The notes under the pieces are model-generated. The model made no database searches. It had not been told where the DNA came from and worked only from the letters and a program-made list of their open reading frames with translations. DNA of 32,000 nucleotides, taken from assembly GCF_900187275.1 (NCBI RefSeq), contig NZ_LT906458.1:660001-692000 (forward strand), given 5' to 3'. A program made the translations under genes and the position numbers. Positions 21,587 to 32,000 of the stretch are shown here, one piece after another. The stretch comes from Pasteurella multocida. Its GTDB lineage: Bacteria; Pseudomonadota; Gammaproteobacteria; Enterobacterales; Pasteurellaceae. Within the stretch, counting starts at the first letter, position 1. Every line of letters begins with the position of its first letter.

Positions 21587-22513
21587 ATGTCAGATTTAAC
21601 TCGTTTTACACAGTATGAGCACTTAGATAAAGTCAAAAAAGTCGTCGCGATTGGCGGAGGGCATGGCTTAGGGCGACTGATGTCTGCATTAAGTTTCATG
21701 AAATCACGTTTAACGGGTATCGTGACCACGACTGATAATGGCGGTTCAACAGGACGTATCCGGCTTAATCATGGCGGAATTGCGTGGGGTGATCTGCGTA
21801 ATTGTTTAAATCAGATTATTACTGAACCCAGTACTGCTTCTAGTTTATTTGAATATCGCTTTACTGGGCAAGGTGAACTCTCTGGGCATAACTTAGGGAA
21901 TCTCATGCTCAAAGCCTTAGAAAATATGCACATTCGTCCAGTGGAGGCGATTCATTTAGTGAGAGAGTTATTGCATGTCAAATCTCATATTTTTCCGATG
22001 TCTGAAAGTCCGGTTCACCTTGCTGCCGTCTTACAATCCGGTGCCAGCATTGTTGGTGAAGTGGGAATTGATAATCTCACTGAATTACCCAAATCCATTT
22101 TTTTAGTGCCTTTAGTCAAGGCTACACCAGAGGCAATTGAAGCATTACAGGAGGCAGATGTGATTTTGTTTGGTCCTGGCAGTTTTCTCACCAGTATTCT
22201 GCCACCCATTTTATTACCTGAAGTAATCGAAGCATTGCAAAAAAGTCACGCAAAGAAAATATTTATCGATAATTTAGCCCTTGAGCAAAGCCCTGCCGCC
22301 TCTCTATCGCTATCAGATCGTATTCAATGGATTCATCATACCGTTGGTAAAGAGATTATTGATGCGACAATCGTTCCAACCAATGCAAACGACTTGTGCG
22401 AGAATTTATCCTTGAAAGTGATGGTTCGCCCATTACAGGCAGATGATATTAGCTATCGCCATGATCGAAGTTTGTTATCACAAGCGATTGATGATTTACT
22501 TGGCGAATTATAA
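21587..22513 (+). CDS. ybhK: YvcK/YbhK family gluconeogenesis factor (CofD-like)
   Basis: KKVVAIGGGHGLGRLMSALS, IVTTTDNGGSTGRIR, GDLRNCL. Divergent from moaA, as ybhK is in enterobacteria. Confidence 0.88.
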   Translation: MSDLTRFTQYEHLDKVKKVVAIGGGHGLGRLMSALSFMKSRLTGIVTTTDNGGSTGRIRLNHGGIAWGDLRNCLNQIITEPSTASSLFEYRFTGQGELSGHNLGNLMLKALENMHIRPVEAIHLVRELLHVKSHIFPMSESPVHLAAVLQSGASIVGEVGIDNLTELPKSIFLVPLVKATPEAIEALQEADVILFGPGSFLTSILPPILLPEVIEALQKSHAKKIFIDNLALEQSPAASLSLSDRIQWIHHTVGKEIIDATIVPTNANDLCENLSLKVMVRPLQADDISYRHDRSLLSQAIDDLLGEL

Positions 22514-22532
22514 TCTTTCGCCAATCACCGTA

Positions 22533-23018
22533 TTAAATGCGTCTTGCTTGCCAATATTTTTTTGACCAATAGGGACTATTTAAAGAAGAATAGATCACCC
22601 CTCCTTTAGTTGAGGCATGCAAAAACAAATCATCTTTGACATAAATACCAACATGATAGCCATTTGGACCTCGACCGGTTTTAAAAAACACTAAATCACC
22701 GGTTTGGATATCCTGTTTAGACACTAATTTTCCATAATTAGCTTGCTGTACCGTCATTCTCGGTAAAAGAATATCAAAGCGATCTAAAAACGTTTTTTGT
22801 ACAAAACCAGAGCAATCAATACCGGCACGACTTTGTCCACCTAAACGATAGGGCGTTCCTGCCCATTCACGTTGTTGCTCACTCAATAAGGCAATCACCA
22901 TAATCGGATCATTGAGTTGCCCCTTATAACTGATTTTCCCCGTATTGCTATGATGACCACAGGCAGATAGTAGGCAAAACAGACTTACGAATACACATTG
23001 CTTTAATAACATCTTCAT
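22533..23018 (-). CDS. nlpC: NlpC/P60 family lipoprotein endopeptidase
   Basis: Lipobox LLSAC; catalytic GIDCSGFVQ, GRGPNGYHVGIYV. Confidence 0.88.
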   Translation of the reverse strand: MKMLLKQCVFVSLFCLLSACGHHSNTGKISYKGQLNDPIMVIALLSEQQREWAGTPYRLGGQSRAGIDCSGFVQKTFLDRFDILLPRMTVQQANYGKLVSKQDIQTGDLVFFKTGRGPNGYHVGIYVKDDLFLHASTKGGVIYSSLNSPYWSKKYWQARRI

Positions 23019-23099
23019 ATTTTTCTACCAAAAGGAAAGCTATCCATAGTTAGCCTACAGATAGCTTAACGATTTGAAAGCGTACTTCAAAAGCGAAAA

Positions 23100-23396
23100 T
23101 TAACTCTTTGGTTTCGTTTTTTCTACGCGGGCACGAAGTTTTTGACCAGGTTTGAATGCCACGACACGACGAGCAGAAACAGGAACACTTTCACCCGTTT
23201 TAGGATTTCGACCTGGGCGAGATGATTTATCCCGTAATTCAAAATTACCAAAGCCAGAAAGTTTGACATCTTCGCCTGTTTCTAATGCAACTCGAATTTC
23301 TTCAAAAAAGTTTTCCACTAATTCTTTCGCATCACGTTTATTTAAATGAAGTTTTTCAATTAAATTGTCTGCGAGTTCTACTTTGGTCAGTGTCAT
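23100..23396 (-). CDS. ihfA: Integration host factor subunit alpha
   Basis: [35 protein letters not shown]...[24 protein letters not shown]. Confidence 0.96.
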   Translation of the reverse strand: MTLTKVELADNLIEKLHLNKRDAKELVENFFEEIRVALETGEDVKLSGFGNFELRDKSSRPGRNPKTGESVPVSARRVVAFKPGQKLRARVEKTKPKS

Positions 23397-23399
23397 AAT

Positions 23400-25787
23400 T
23401 TAATCTCTCAAATAAGCATTAAAACGTTGTTTTAACTCAGACAATACAACAGAAACCACTGCGTTGATATCATCTTCCTCAAGAGTTTTTTCATTATCTT
23501 GAATAATCAAACTAATCGCTAAACTCTTGTGGCCTTCAGCCACACCATTGCCTTGATAGACATCGAACAGGTTAACTTGAGTTAATGTTTCGCCAGCAAC
23601 CTCTCGACACGCGTCAAGCACATCGCTTGCTGCAACACCCTCAGCAACAACGATAGCTAAATCTCGGCGATTTGCAGGAAAACGTGAAATCTCTTTTGCT
23701 TGCACTACTTGACGTGTTGCAATCGCTTGCCAAAGAATCTCAAATACCACTGTTTTTCCATTTAAACCCAGTTGTTTCGCGGCATTTGGATGAAGTGTAC
23801 CAATAAAACCAATTTCTTCACCATTTAACATGATGGCCGCAGATTGACCAGAATGTAATGCTGGATATGATTTTGCTACAAATTTAACCAAATTTCTAGT
23901 CCCTGTTAAAGATAAAATGCTTTCTAAATCCCCTTTTAGGTCAAAGAAATCGACACTTTCGGCTTTACCTGCCCAGTGTTCTGCTTTTTTATTGCCCGTC
24001 ATCACAGCCGCTAAAACAAATTCTTGACGTACGCCAAATTCTGCCTGCGTGTCTGGAATAAAGCGTAAACCTGTTTCAAATAAGCGAACGCGAGTTTGCT
24101 GACGATTTTGGTTATACTGTACTGCGCCTAACAAACCACTTAATAGGGATAAACGCATGGCGGACATTTCCACTGAAATTGGATTTGGTAAGACCAGTGC
24201 ATCTTGTTGTGGATGTAAAATGCTTTGTATTTTTGGATCAACGAAACTATAAGTAATCGCCTCTTGGTAATCGGCATCAACCAGTGCAGTTTTAATTCGG
24301 GTCAAATCTAAATCCGCTTCTTTATGCTCGCGCATACGTAAATGTGCTAATGGCGCCTTGTTTGGAATACTGTTGTAACCATAAATACGTGCGATTTCTT
24401 CCACTAAATCTTCTTCGATTTCAATATCAAAACGCCAACTTGCTGATGTCACTTGCCATACATCGTTAGCATAGCTCACTTGTAAGCCAAGGCGCGTTAA
24501 AATATCCGTGACGGTTTCTGTTTCAATATGGTGACCTAATAAGGCATCTAACTTTTCACGACGTAAACTTACTTGGTTCAGTTTCGGTAAAAAGACGTCA
24601 CTAGCAACTTCACAAATGTCACCGACTTCCCCACCACAGATTTCCACTAACAAGGCTGTTGCTCTTTCCATCGCTTGACGCTGTAATTCAAAATCAACCC
24701 CCCGTTCGAAACGATGAGAAGAATCGGTATGTAAGCCATATTGTCTTGCTCGACCAGCAATGGCTAACGGTGCAAAGAAAGCAGCTTCCAAAATAATGTC
24801 TTTAGTTTCTGCATTTACCCCACTGGCTTGTCCACCAAAAATCCCCGCCATCGCTAATGGTCCATTTTGGTCCGCAATTAATAAAGTGTTATCTTTTAAT
24901 TTTGCCGTAGAACCGTCTAAAAGCACGAGCGCTTCACCTGATTTTGCCATACGGACTTGTACTGGCTGAGCGACTTTGGCTGCATCAAATGCATGCATCG
25001 GTTGACCCAGTTCAAGTAAAATATAGTTAGTCACATCGACTACTGGATCAATAGAGCGAATCCCACAACGGCGAAGTTTTTCTTGTAACCACATTGGTGA
25101 TGGCGCTTGCACATTGACATTTTTCACTACACGTAATAAATAACGTGGGCACGCTTCAGGCGCATGCAGTTGAATATCAACTTTATCAGTAATTGTCGCT
25201 TTCACTGATTCAAAGTGCGGTGTATTAACAGCCAGTTTATTGACGACACCGATTTCACGCGCAATACCTGTGATACTTAAACAGTCTGCCCGGTTTGGGG
25301 TTAAGCTAATTTCTACCGTATTATCATCTAAGGTTAAATAATCACGTAGATTAGTGCCGACTGGCGCATTTTGTGGTAGTTCAATGATACCGCTGGATTC
25401 CACATCAATACCTAATTCGCTGAATGAGCAAAGCATACCTTCTGAAGGTTGACCACGTAATTTGGTTTTCTTGATTTTGAAGTCACCCGGTAAAACAGCC
25501 CCTTCTGTCGCACAAGCCACTTTTAAGCCTTGACGACAATTTGGTGCACCACACACAATATCTAATAGGCGATCACCACCAACATTAACTTTGGTCACAC
25601 GTAATTTATCGGCATCAGGATGTTGGGCGCATTCCACTACCTCACCGACAACCACGCCCGAAAAATCACCCGCGACCTTTTCTACGCCGTCTACTTCTAA
25701 ACCTAACATCGTGATTTGATCGCATAATTGCGCTGTGCTAATAGCGGGATTTACCCATTCACGCACCCATGATTCACTAAATTTCAT
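23400..25787 (-). CDS. pheT: Phenylalanine--tRNA ligase beta subunit
   Basis: [16 protein letters not shown]..., [28 protein letters not shown]. Confidence 0.97.
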   Translation of the reverse strand: MKFSESWVREWVNPAISTAQLCDQITMLGLEVDGVEKVAGDFSGVVVGEVVECAQHPDADKLRVTKVNVGGDRLLDIVCGAPNCRQGLKVACATEGAVLPGDFKIKKTKLRGQPSEGMLCSFSELGIDVESSGIIELPQNAPVGTNLRDYLTLDDNTVEISLTPNRADCLSITGIAREIGVVNKLAVNTPHFESVKATITDKVDIQLHAPEACPRYLLRVVKNVNVQAPSPMWLQEKLRRCGIRSIDPVVDVTNYILLELGQPMHAFDAAKVAQPVQVRMAKSGEALVLLDGSTAKLKDNTLLIADQNGPLAMAGIFGGQASGVNAETKDIILEAAFFAPLAIAGRARQYGLHTDSSHRFERGVDFELQRQAMERATALLVEICGGEVGDICEVASDVFLPKLNQVSLRREKLDALLGHHIETETVTDILTRLGLQVSYANDVWQVTSASWRFDIEIEEDLVEEIARIYGYNSIPNKAPLAHLRMREHKEADLDLTRIKTALVDADYQEAITYSFVDPKIQSILHPQQDALVLPNPISVEMSAMRLSLLSGLLGAVQYNQNRQQTRVRLFETGLRFIPDTQAEFGVRQEFVLAAVMTGNKKAEHWAGKAESVDFFDLKGDLESILSLTGTRNLVKFVAKSYPALHSGQSAAIMLNGEEIGFIGTLHPNAAKQLGLNGKTVVFEILWQAIATRQVVQAKEISRFPANRRDLAIVVAEGVAASDVLDACREVAGETLTQVNLFDVYQGNGVAEGHKSLAISLIIQDNEKTLEEDDINAVVSVVLSELKQRFNAYLRD

Positions 25788-25809
25788 CTATTTACTCTCT
25801 ATATTCTTT

Positions 25810-26289
25810 CTATTTTAAAATTTGGAATGCTAATCCTTTAAACACAATATCATTAAATTGGAGTTCTAACTGATACGTACCAACGGGATCATTTTTACTA
25901 AATTGCCAACATTGTGTAATTGCACCATTTGCGATATTGGCTTTTGGCAAATTAAAGATAATTAAGTTACCAGTCCCATCTTCTGTCGTACGCGTTTCTG
26001 CATTTTCTGCTTGCATACGAATGGGAGCCGGTGCCACAAAATATTCTGCCAACAAATTCTGTTCTTTTACCTCAACGTTTTCAACAAAGATACATAATTG
26101 GTGTGGTTTAGCGCGCGAAAATTTATTTCCCTCTATTAACTGGGGCGCTTTTCCTGACAGATCAAAAAGACGAAAACCAGCGATCGGCTGTGCTATTTTT
26201 TCTTCTTTTTTACTGGCAACCGTATTTTTTGCATTTACTGACATCACAACAGAAAACATAAGCAAACTCATTGCTATGATTTTTTTCAT
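25810..26289 (-). CDS. Small predicted secreted/periplasmic protein of unknown function
   Basis: 159 aa with Sec-type signal peptide (MKKIIAMSLLMFSVVMSVNA). Sits between pheS and pheT in the same orientation with gaps of 22 and 10 bp. Confidence 0.75.
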   Translation of the reverse strand: MKKIIAMSLLMFSVVMSVNAKNTVASKKEEKIAQPIAGFRLFDLSGKAPQLIEGNKFSRAKPHQLCIFVENVEVKEQNLLAEYFVAPAPIRMQAENAETRTTEDGTGNLIIFNLPKANIANGAITQCWQFSKNDPVGTYQLELQFNDIVFKGLAFQILK

Positions 26290-26299
26290 GGCGATTCTC

Positions 26300-27301
<1,002 letters not shown>

Positions 27302-27461
27302 TTATGCTGTGAAAAATACTGTTAATGATAATACTAACTGCCTTAAAAATCACGTTTTTATTGGCGTTTTTTGTGTTTTAATGACGGTCAAGTCCATTAG
27401 GGTTTAACCTTGAGTGAAGTGATAAGAAAGAAAGGAAATTGGCATTAATACCATCGTGTCA

Positions 27462-27980
27462 TTATAAACAGTGTTTCTTCCATTTTCTTATTTTTGTTCT
27501 AAAGCTCGTAAAGGGGGCAACCGTATTCACATGAATAAATTGAGATACTGTCCATTTGGCATTTTTAGTGGCATTATCCGCCCACTTTCGTTGATGTTGG
27601 GAAAAAAGCGTTTCATCGCTCATGGTATCAATTAGATAATAAATTGTTTCTATATTATGTGCTAATCGACTTTTTAATTCGGCTAAGGACAAATGTACAT
27701 AAGTTTGATTAAACCATTGATAAAGTTCACTTAATTGATTCCACTTGAAGTGTTCAGAAGGGGTTTTAACAAGCAATCCCTTTCGTTCATCTTGTTCCCA
27801 GCTGATCAATAAACTTGTCCAACCAACTTGATAAGCTAAGTTTTGCACAGGTGTTCGCTCAACCTCTGTACATCCTGTCTCTTTTAAATCTTCCGGAATG
27901 GTTTCAAATTCTGACAAATATTTCTCATACGTTTGTTGTATCGCATTTTTTAAAGCCGTTTTACTCGTATAATGACGCAT
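27462..27980 (-). CDS. ClbS/DfsB-like four-helix-bundle protein
   Basis: MRHYTSKTALKNAIQQTYEKYLSEFETIPEDLK...YQVGWTSLLISWE, ...SELYQWFNQTY. Start at ATG 27980 rather than 28007. Confidence 0.65.
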   Translation of the reverse strand: MRHYTSKTALKNAIQQTYEKYLSEFETIPEDLKETGCTEVERTPVQNLAYQVGWTSLLISWEQDERKGLLVKTPSEHFKWNQLSELYQWFNQTYVHLSLAELKSRLAHNIETIYYLIDTMSDETLFSQHQRKWADNATKNAKWTVSQFIHVNTVAPFTSFRTKIRKWKKHCL

Positions 27981-28008
27981 AAAAATCTCCTCGTGTATCA
28001 ATAACACC

Positions 28009-28671
28009 TTACTCTTTAGCCGACGCCACTAATAACTCTGCTAACGGGATTCTCTCAAAAAATTGACCGCACCTTGGCAATGATTGAATATCAAACACCT
28101 GTCCTTGATAGTCAAATTGTAAACGATAAGCATGTAAATAAGTGCGGTCTATTTTTGCTGAATTACCTGCATACAATGCATCCCCTAAAATTGGACTGCC
28201 TAAACTCTTCATTGCTACACGTAACTGGTGTGTTTTCCCTGTTTGTGGCTTTAAAATAAACAAGCGCAAATTCGGTTCACAATTGATGGAGTGGAAGCGA
28301 GTAATCGCAGGATTGGTCTTAGTCGGACAAAGTTTCCAAGCGCCACGACGCGCTTTTTGCATATCACCGACGATCAATCCCTGCTTTTTCTTGGGTTTAT
28401 GTTGAGATAAAGCAAGATACGTCTTTTGGATACGGTGTTCGGCAAACAATAGAGAAAGTGCGCGAGCAGCGCGTTGGTTTAATGCCAATAAGAGTAACCC
28501 TGAAGTAATTTTATCTAAACGATGTACTAACCAAACCTGTGGTACATCAAGTTGCTGTGCGACTAGGGTCGTAAGACCTACTGCTTCCTCATCTTTATGT
28601 ACACTGATACCACAAGGTTTATCAATCACAACAAAATCAGGATGTTGATAGATAAGATGAAATACAGGCAT
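28009..28671 (-). CDS. RluA-family RNA pseudouridine synthase
   Basis: VVIDKPCGISVHKDE, VHRLDKITSGLLLLA, PQTGKTHQLRVAMKSLGSPILGD. Confidence 0.9.
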   Translation of the reverse strand: MPVFHLIYQHPDFVVIDKPCGISVHKDEEAVGLTTLVAQQLDVPQVWLVHRLDKITSGLLLLALNQRAARALSLLFAEHRIQKTYLALSQHKPKKKQGLIVGDMQKARRGAWKLCPTKTNPAITRFHSINCEPNLRLFILKPQTGKTHQLRVAMKSLGSPILGDALYAGNSAKIDRTYLHAYRLQFDYQGQVFDIQSLPRCGQFFERIPLAELLVASAKE

Positions 28672-28778
28672 AAGGTTCTCAATTAATCATAAAGGAAAAA
28701 CATTATACCATACTTGGCTCCCCTCCATTATCAGGATTTTTTCGCTATAATGGATTGCAGATATAAATGAGGAACAAC

Positions 28779-29429
28779 ATGAAAACATTAACATTCTATT
28801 TGATACGTCATGGTAAAACGGAGTGGAACGAAAAAAGGTTATTACAAGGAAATGGGGACTCCCCTTTGACACAAGAAGGCATTGAAGGTGCTAAGCGCAC
28901 AGCAAAAGCATTATCCAACATTGATTTCACTGCCGCCTATAGTAGCGTATTGCCCCGTGCAATTTCCACTGCAAACATGATTTTAGCGCACAAAACCACC
29001 CCATTAATTTGTCATGCAGGCTTAAATGAATTGTGTTTTGGCTCATGGGAAGGGCAAGCCATTGAGGAATTAAGTTGCTTACCGGAATACCGTCAAATGC
29101 GCGATCAACCTGCGCAGTATTTGGGGTTAACCAATGGCGGGGAAACTTATCAGCAATTAGCAACACGCGCGATGGGCGTCATTGAACAGATTATTCAACG
29201 TTATGACACTGGAAATATTCTCATTGTCTCTCATGGTCATACTTTACGTATGCTTTTGGCGTTGTTTCATGGTGCCACTTGGCAAACCCATCGAGAAAAA
29301 AGTACCAGCTTAGCGAACACGTCCATTAGCGTTGTACACTATTTACAAACTGAGAATGAAACAGGACGCTTTGTGCTTGAGAAAGTCAATAATATACAGC
29401 ATTTAACCGATTCATTCGATGAGGAATAA
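28779..29429 (+). CDS. Histidine phosphatase (phosphoglycerate mutase-like) family protein
   Basis: YLIRHGKTEWNEKRLLQGNGDSPLTQEG, LCFGSWEG, VSHGHTLRMLL. Confidence 0.88.
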   Translation: MKTLTFYLIRHGKTEWNEKRLLQGNGDSPLTQEGIEGAKRTAKALSNIDFTAAYSSVLPRAISTANMILAHKTTPLICHAGLNELCFGSWEGQAIEELSCLPEYRQMRDQPAQYLGLTNGGETYQQLATRAMGVIEQIIQRYDTGNILIVSHGHTLRMLLALFHGATWQTHREKSTSLANTSISVVHYLQTENETGRFVLEKVNNIQHLTDSFDEE

Positions 29430-29459
29430 AGGCAGAAGTCTATTCTGCCTTATTGAGTA

Positions 29460-30788
29460 TTAAAGTAACTGTAAGAATTCGCCAACAGTATGGAAAGAGC
29501 CAAAGACTAAGATTACATCATGCGCTGTTGTCGTTGCCAACGCTTGTTTTACACCTAACGCCACAGAGCTCGCAGTGTTTGCATGCAGTTGATGAGATTG
29601 TCCCTGTGCAATTTGTTGCAACGTCACAAATAATGCCTGTCCGCTTTGACCTCGATACCCTTCTAATGTCACGCAATACCATTCATCAATCACCGGTAAC
29701 AAAGGAGAAAGCACGCCTTGTGCATCTTTATCTTTTAAAATGCCACAAACAGCGACGATCTTACCTGTTATTTTCGCCTTAAGTGCGGTCAGTTTCTCTG
29801 CTAAATAAAGGGCTGCATGTGGATTATGCCCCACATCAATAATCATGTGTGGAAAATCAGCCCATGGTTTCGCTAAATTTTCGGCTAAAGGGAAAAGGAC
29901 ATCTGGTTTTAAGGTTTGAAAACGCCCAACTAATTCCACTTCTTGCAAAGATTGACGAATCACCTCTTCTGAAATCTGAAAAGGCAACTGTTCAAATGTA
30001 GCGAGTGCTGTTGCGGCATTAGCGAGTGGAATTTGACAACATGGCAAATTTTTCAACCGCACTTTTTGCCCACACCAATCCCAATGCTCCGCTTGTAAAC
30101 GGAAATGCCAATCTTGATCACGACAAGAGATTTGGCATCCGAGTGACTTAGCATGCTCCAATAATCTTTGAGGAATATTAGGCTCTCCAATAATCGCTGG
30201 TTTATGTGCACGGAAAATGCCTGCTTTCTCAAACCCGATTTGTTCGCGATCTGCCCCTAAAAAATCCACATGATCAATGTCTATACTGGTAATCACCGCC
30301 ACATCACTATCAACAATATTAGTCGCGTCTAAACGTCCTCCCAATCCCACTTCTAAAATCACCACATCCAATTTCGCTTGCTTAAATAAATGCAAGGCAG
30401 AAAGGGTGCTAAACTCAAAATAGGTTAACGATTCACGTTTATGTTGTTCAATAAAGGCAAAAGAAGCCGTATGCGCTTCATCTGGCAATTCTTGGTCTTG
30501 AATACGTACGCGTTCATTATAGCGAAGCAAATGAGGGGAAGAATACACACCAACACGGTAGCCTGCCTTTAATAAAACGGTTTCCAATAAACGACACGTA
30601 GTGCCTTTACCATTAGTACCACCCACCGTGATGACAAATGGTGCGGGCGTGAGCAAATCCAGCGCCTTGGCAACCGATTTAATTCTATCTAGCCCTAAAT
30701 CAATGGCTTTAAAATGGCTGTTTTCCAAATAAGAAAGCCACTGCGCAAGAGGCGAAGTGGCTGTTAATGATACTGTAGAATTATTCAT
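29460..30788 (-). CDS. folC: Bifunctional dihydrofolate synthase / folylpolyglutamate synthase
   Basis: [43 protein letters not shown]. Confidence 0.96.
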   Translation of the reverse strand: MNNSTVSLTATSPLAQWLSYLENSHFKAIDLGLDRIKSVAKALDLLTPAPFVITVGGTNGKGTTCRLLETVLLKAGYRVGVYSSPHLLRYNERVRIQDQELPDEAHTASFAFIEQHKRESLTYFEFSTLSALHLFKQAKLDVVILEVGLGGRLDATNIVDSDVAVITSIDIDHVDFLGADREQIGFEKAGIFRAHKPAIIGEPNIPQRLLEHAKSLGCQISCRDQDWHFRLQAEHWDWCGQKVRLKNLPCCQIPLANAATALATFEQLPFQISEEVIRQSLQEVELVGRFQTLKPDVLFPLAENLAKPWADFPHMIIDVGHNPHAALYLAEKLTALKAKITGKIVAVCGILKDKDAQGVLSPLLPVIDEWYCVTLEGYRGQSGQALFVTLQQIAQGQSHQLHANTASSVALGVKQALATTTAHDVILVFGSFHTVGEFLQLL

Positions 30789-31695
30789 TATCGCTTTTAC
30801 TTTGTTCTTCGTTTTCTACCAATTCAGGTTCCACAAAAGGCGATGGTTTATTGCTTAATTTGCTTAACACACTTGCTAACGTATGACGCATGTCAGCACG
30901 CTTCACAATCATGTCAATTGCGCCTTTTTCAAGCAAAAATTCACTACGTTGGAAACCCTCAGGTAATTTTTCACGTACAGTTTGCTCAATCACACGCGGA
31001 CCAGCAAAACCTATTAACGCTTTCGGTTCTGCGATATTAATGTCACCCAGCATCGCAAAGCTCGCAGAAACACCACCTAACGTTGGATCGGTTAATACGG
31101 AAATAAATGGCACACCTTGTTCACGCATTTTGGCTAAGACAGCACTGGTTTTTGCCATTTGCATTAAAGAGAATAAGGCTTCTTGCATACGTGCGCCACC
31201 ACTGGCAGAGAAACACACAAAAGGACAGTTCTCAGCAATCGCTTTTTCTGCTGCTTGCACAAATTTTGCGCCCACAACTGAGCCCATTGAGCCACCCATA
31301 AAGCTAAAGTTAGAGGCAGCGGCGACAATTGGCATACCGTATAAAGTGCCAAACATTGAAATTAATGCGTCTTTTTCACCCGTTTCTTTTTGTGCTGCGG
31401 AAATCCGATCTTTATATTTTTTTAAGTCTTTAAATTTTAAGATATCTTTTGGTTCAAGTTCCGCAGATAATTCTTGGCTACTGTCTTTATCTAAAAGTGC
31501 CAAAAGACGTTCTCTCGCATCAATACGCATATGATGTCCACATTTTGGACAAACTTCTAAATGACGTCTTAACTCATCACGATACAACACTTGCTCACAA
31601 GAAGTACATTTAGTCCAAACGCCCTCAGGAACGTTCGCTTTACGCGAGCTTGTGGAAGAAGTATCTTTATTAAAAATTCGATCAATCCAACTCAT
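30781..31695 (-). CDS. accD: Acetyl-CoA carboxylase carboxyltransferase subunit beta
   Basis: Zinc finger [26 protein letters not shown]; [14 protein letters not shown]. Overlaps the folC start by 8 bp. Confidence 0.97.
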   Translation of the reverse strand: MSWIDRIFNKDTSSTSSRKANVPEGVWTKCTSCEQVLYRDELRRHLEVCPKCGHHMRIDARERLLALLDKDSSQELSAELEPKDILKFKDLKKYKDRISAAQKETGEKDALISMFGTLYGMPIVAAASNFSFMGGSMGSVVGAKFVQAAEKAIAENCPFVCFSASGGARMQEALFSLMQMAKTSAVLAKMREQGVPFISVLTDPTLGGVSASFAMLGDINIAEPKALIGFAGPRVIEQTVREKLPEGFQRSEFLLEKGAIDMIVKRADMRHTLASVLSKLSNKPSPFVEPELVENEEQSKSDNE

Positions 31696-31778
31696 GTTAA
31701 CCCTTTTTATTAACGAGAAAATTCGATGTATTACACCATAATTTAAGGCAATATGCTAGCAATAAAGGTCTGATGTGA

Positions 31779-32000
31779 CTAGCCTAATTCATTTTCTAAA
31801 AACAAAGGCCCTAACGCATTTTGAGGTAACTGAAATTGCGTAGGATAACTCACATTAACCAAATAAAGCCCTTCCGGTTTTGCGGTGGGTGCCGCTAATC
31901 TGCGATCTTTTTGCGCCAGCAACCACCCTATCCATTCTACAGGTTGATGACCCGCGCCGACTTCAATCAGACTGCCCACAATATTGCGCACCATGTGATG
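31779..32000 (-). CDS. truA: tRNA pseudouridine synthase A, C-terminal part (N-terminus lies right of the window)
   Basis: [15 protein letters not shown]...[10 protein letters not shown] typical of the TruA C-terminus; the frame is open to the window edge. Confidence 0.88.
   Translation of the reverse strand, partial: HHMVRNIVGSLIEVGAGHQPVEWIGWLLAQKDRRLAAPTAKPEGLYLVNVSYPTQFQLPQNALGPLFLENELG

Noticed and set aside
27302-27461. Possible pheM-like attenuator leader upstream of pheS (MPISFLSYHFTQG)
   Set aside because: Only two Phe codons and no convincing terminator/antiterminator pair before pheS, so the leader assignment is not supportable.
28064-28072. ACCGCACCT, a near uptake signal
   Set aside because: One base off the core and within coding sequence; not counted.

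Overview
Chromosomal housekeeping region of a Pasteurellaceae member, probably Pasteurella/Haemophilus-like. The taxonomic call rests on frequent AAGTGCGGT uptake-signal cores and on gene content. Identified genes in order: mukB (3' part), a DMT transporter, sbcB, a yqjD/yqjE/yqjK-like trio, topA, the rnm/trpH PHP-domain gene, pyrD, pepN, purE-purK, an aspC/tyrB-type aminotransferase, moaE-moaD-moaC-moaA, ybhK/yvcK, nlpC, ihfA, pheT, a small secreted protein, pheS, a ClbS/DfsB-like gene, an RluA-family synthase, a histidine phosphatase, folC, accD, and truA (C-terminal part). No phage, transposon, CRISPR or defence island was seen. The most notable non-coding signal is a 28-bp match to the chromosome-dimer resolution site dif at 6599-6626, in a long AT-rich gap between sbcB and the yqjD-like gene. 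Gene orientation changes around it as expected for a replication terminus. Other signals are a probable Moco riboswitch upstream of moaA, inverted uptake-signal pairs serving as terminators, a PurR-like operator upstream of purE, and an extra secreted-protein gene between pheS and pheT.
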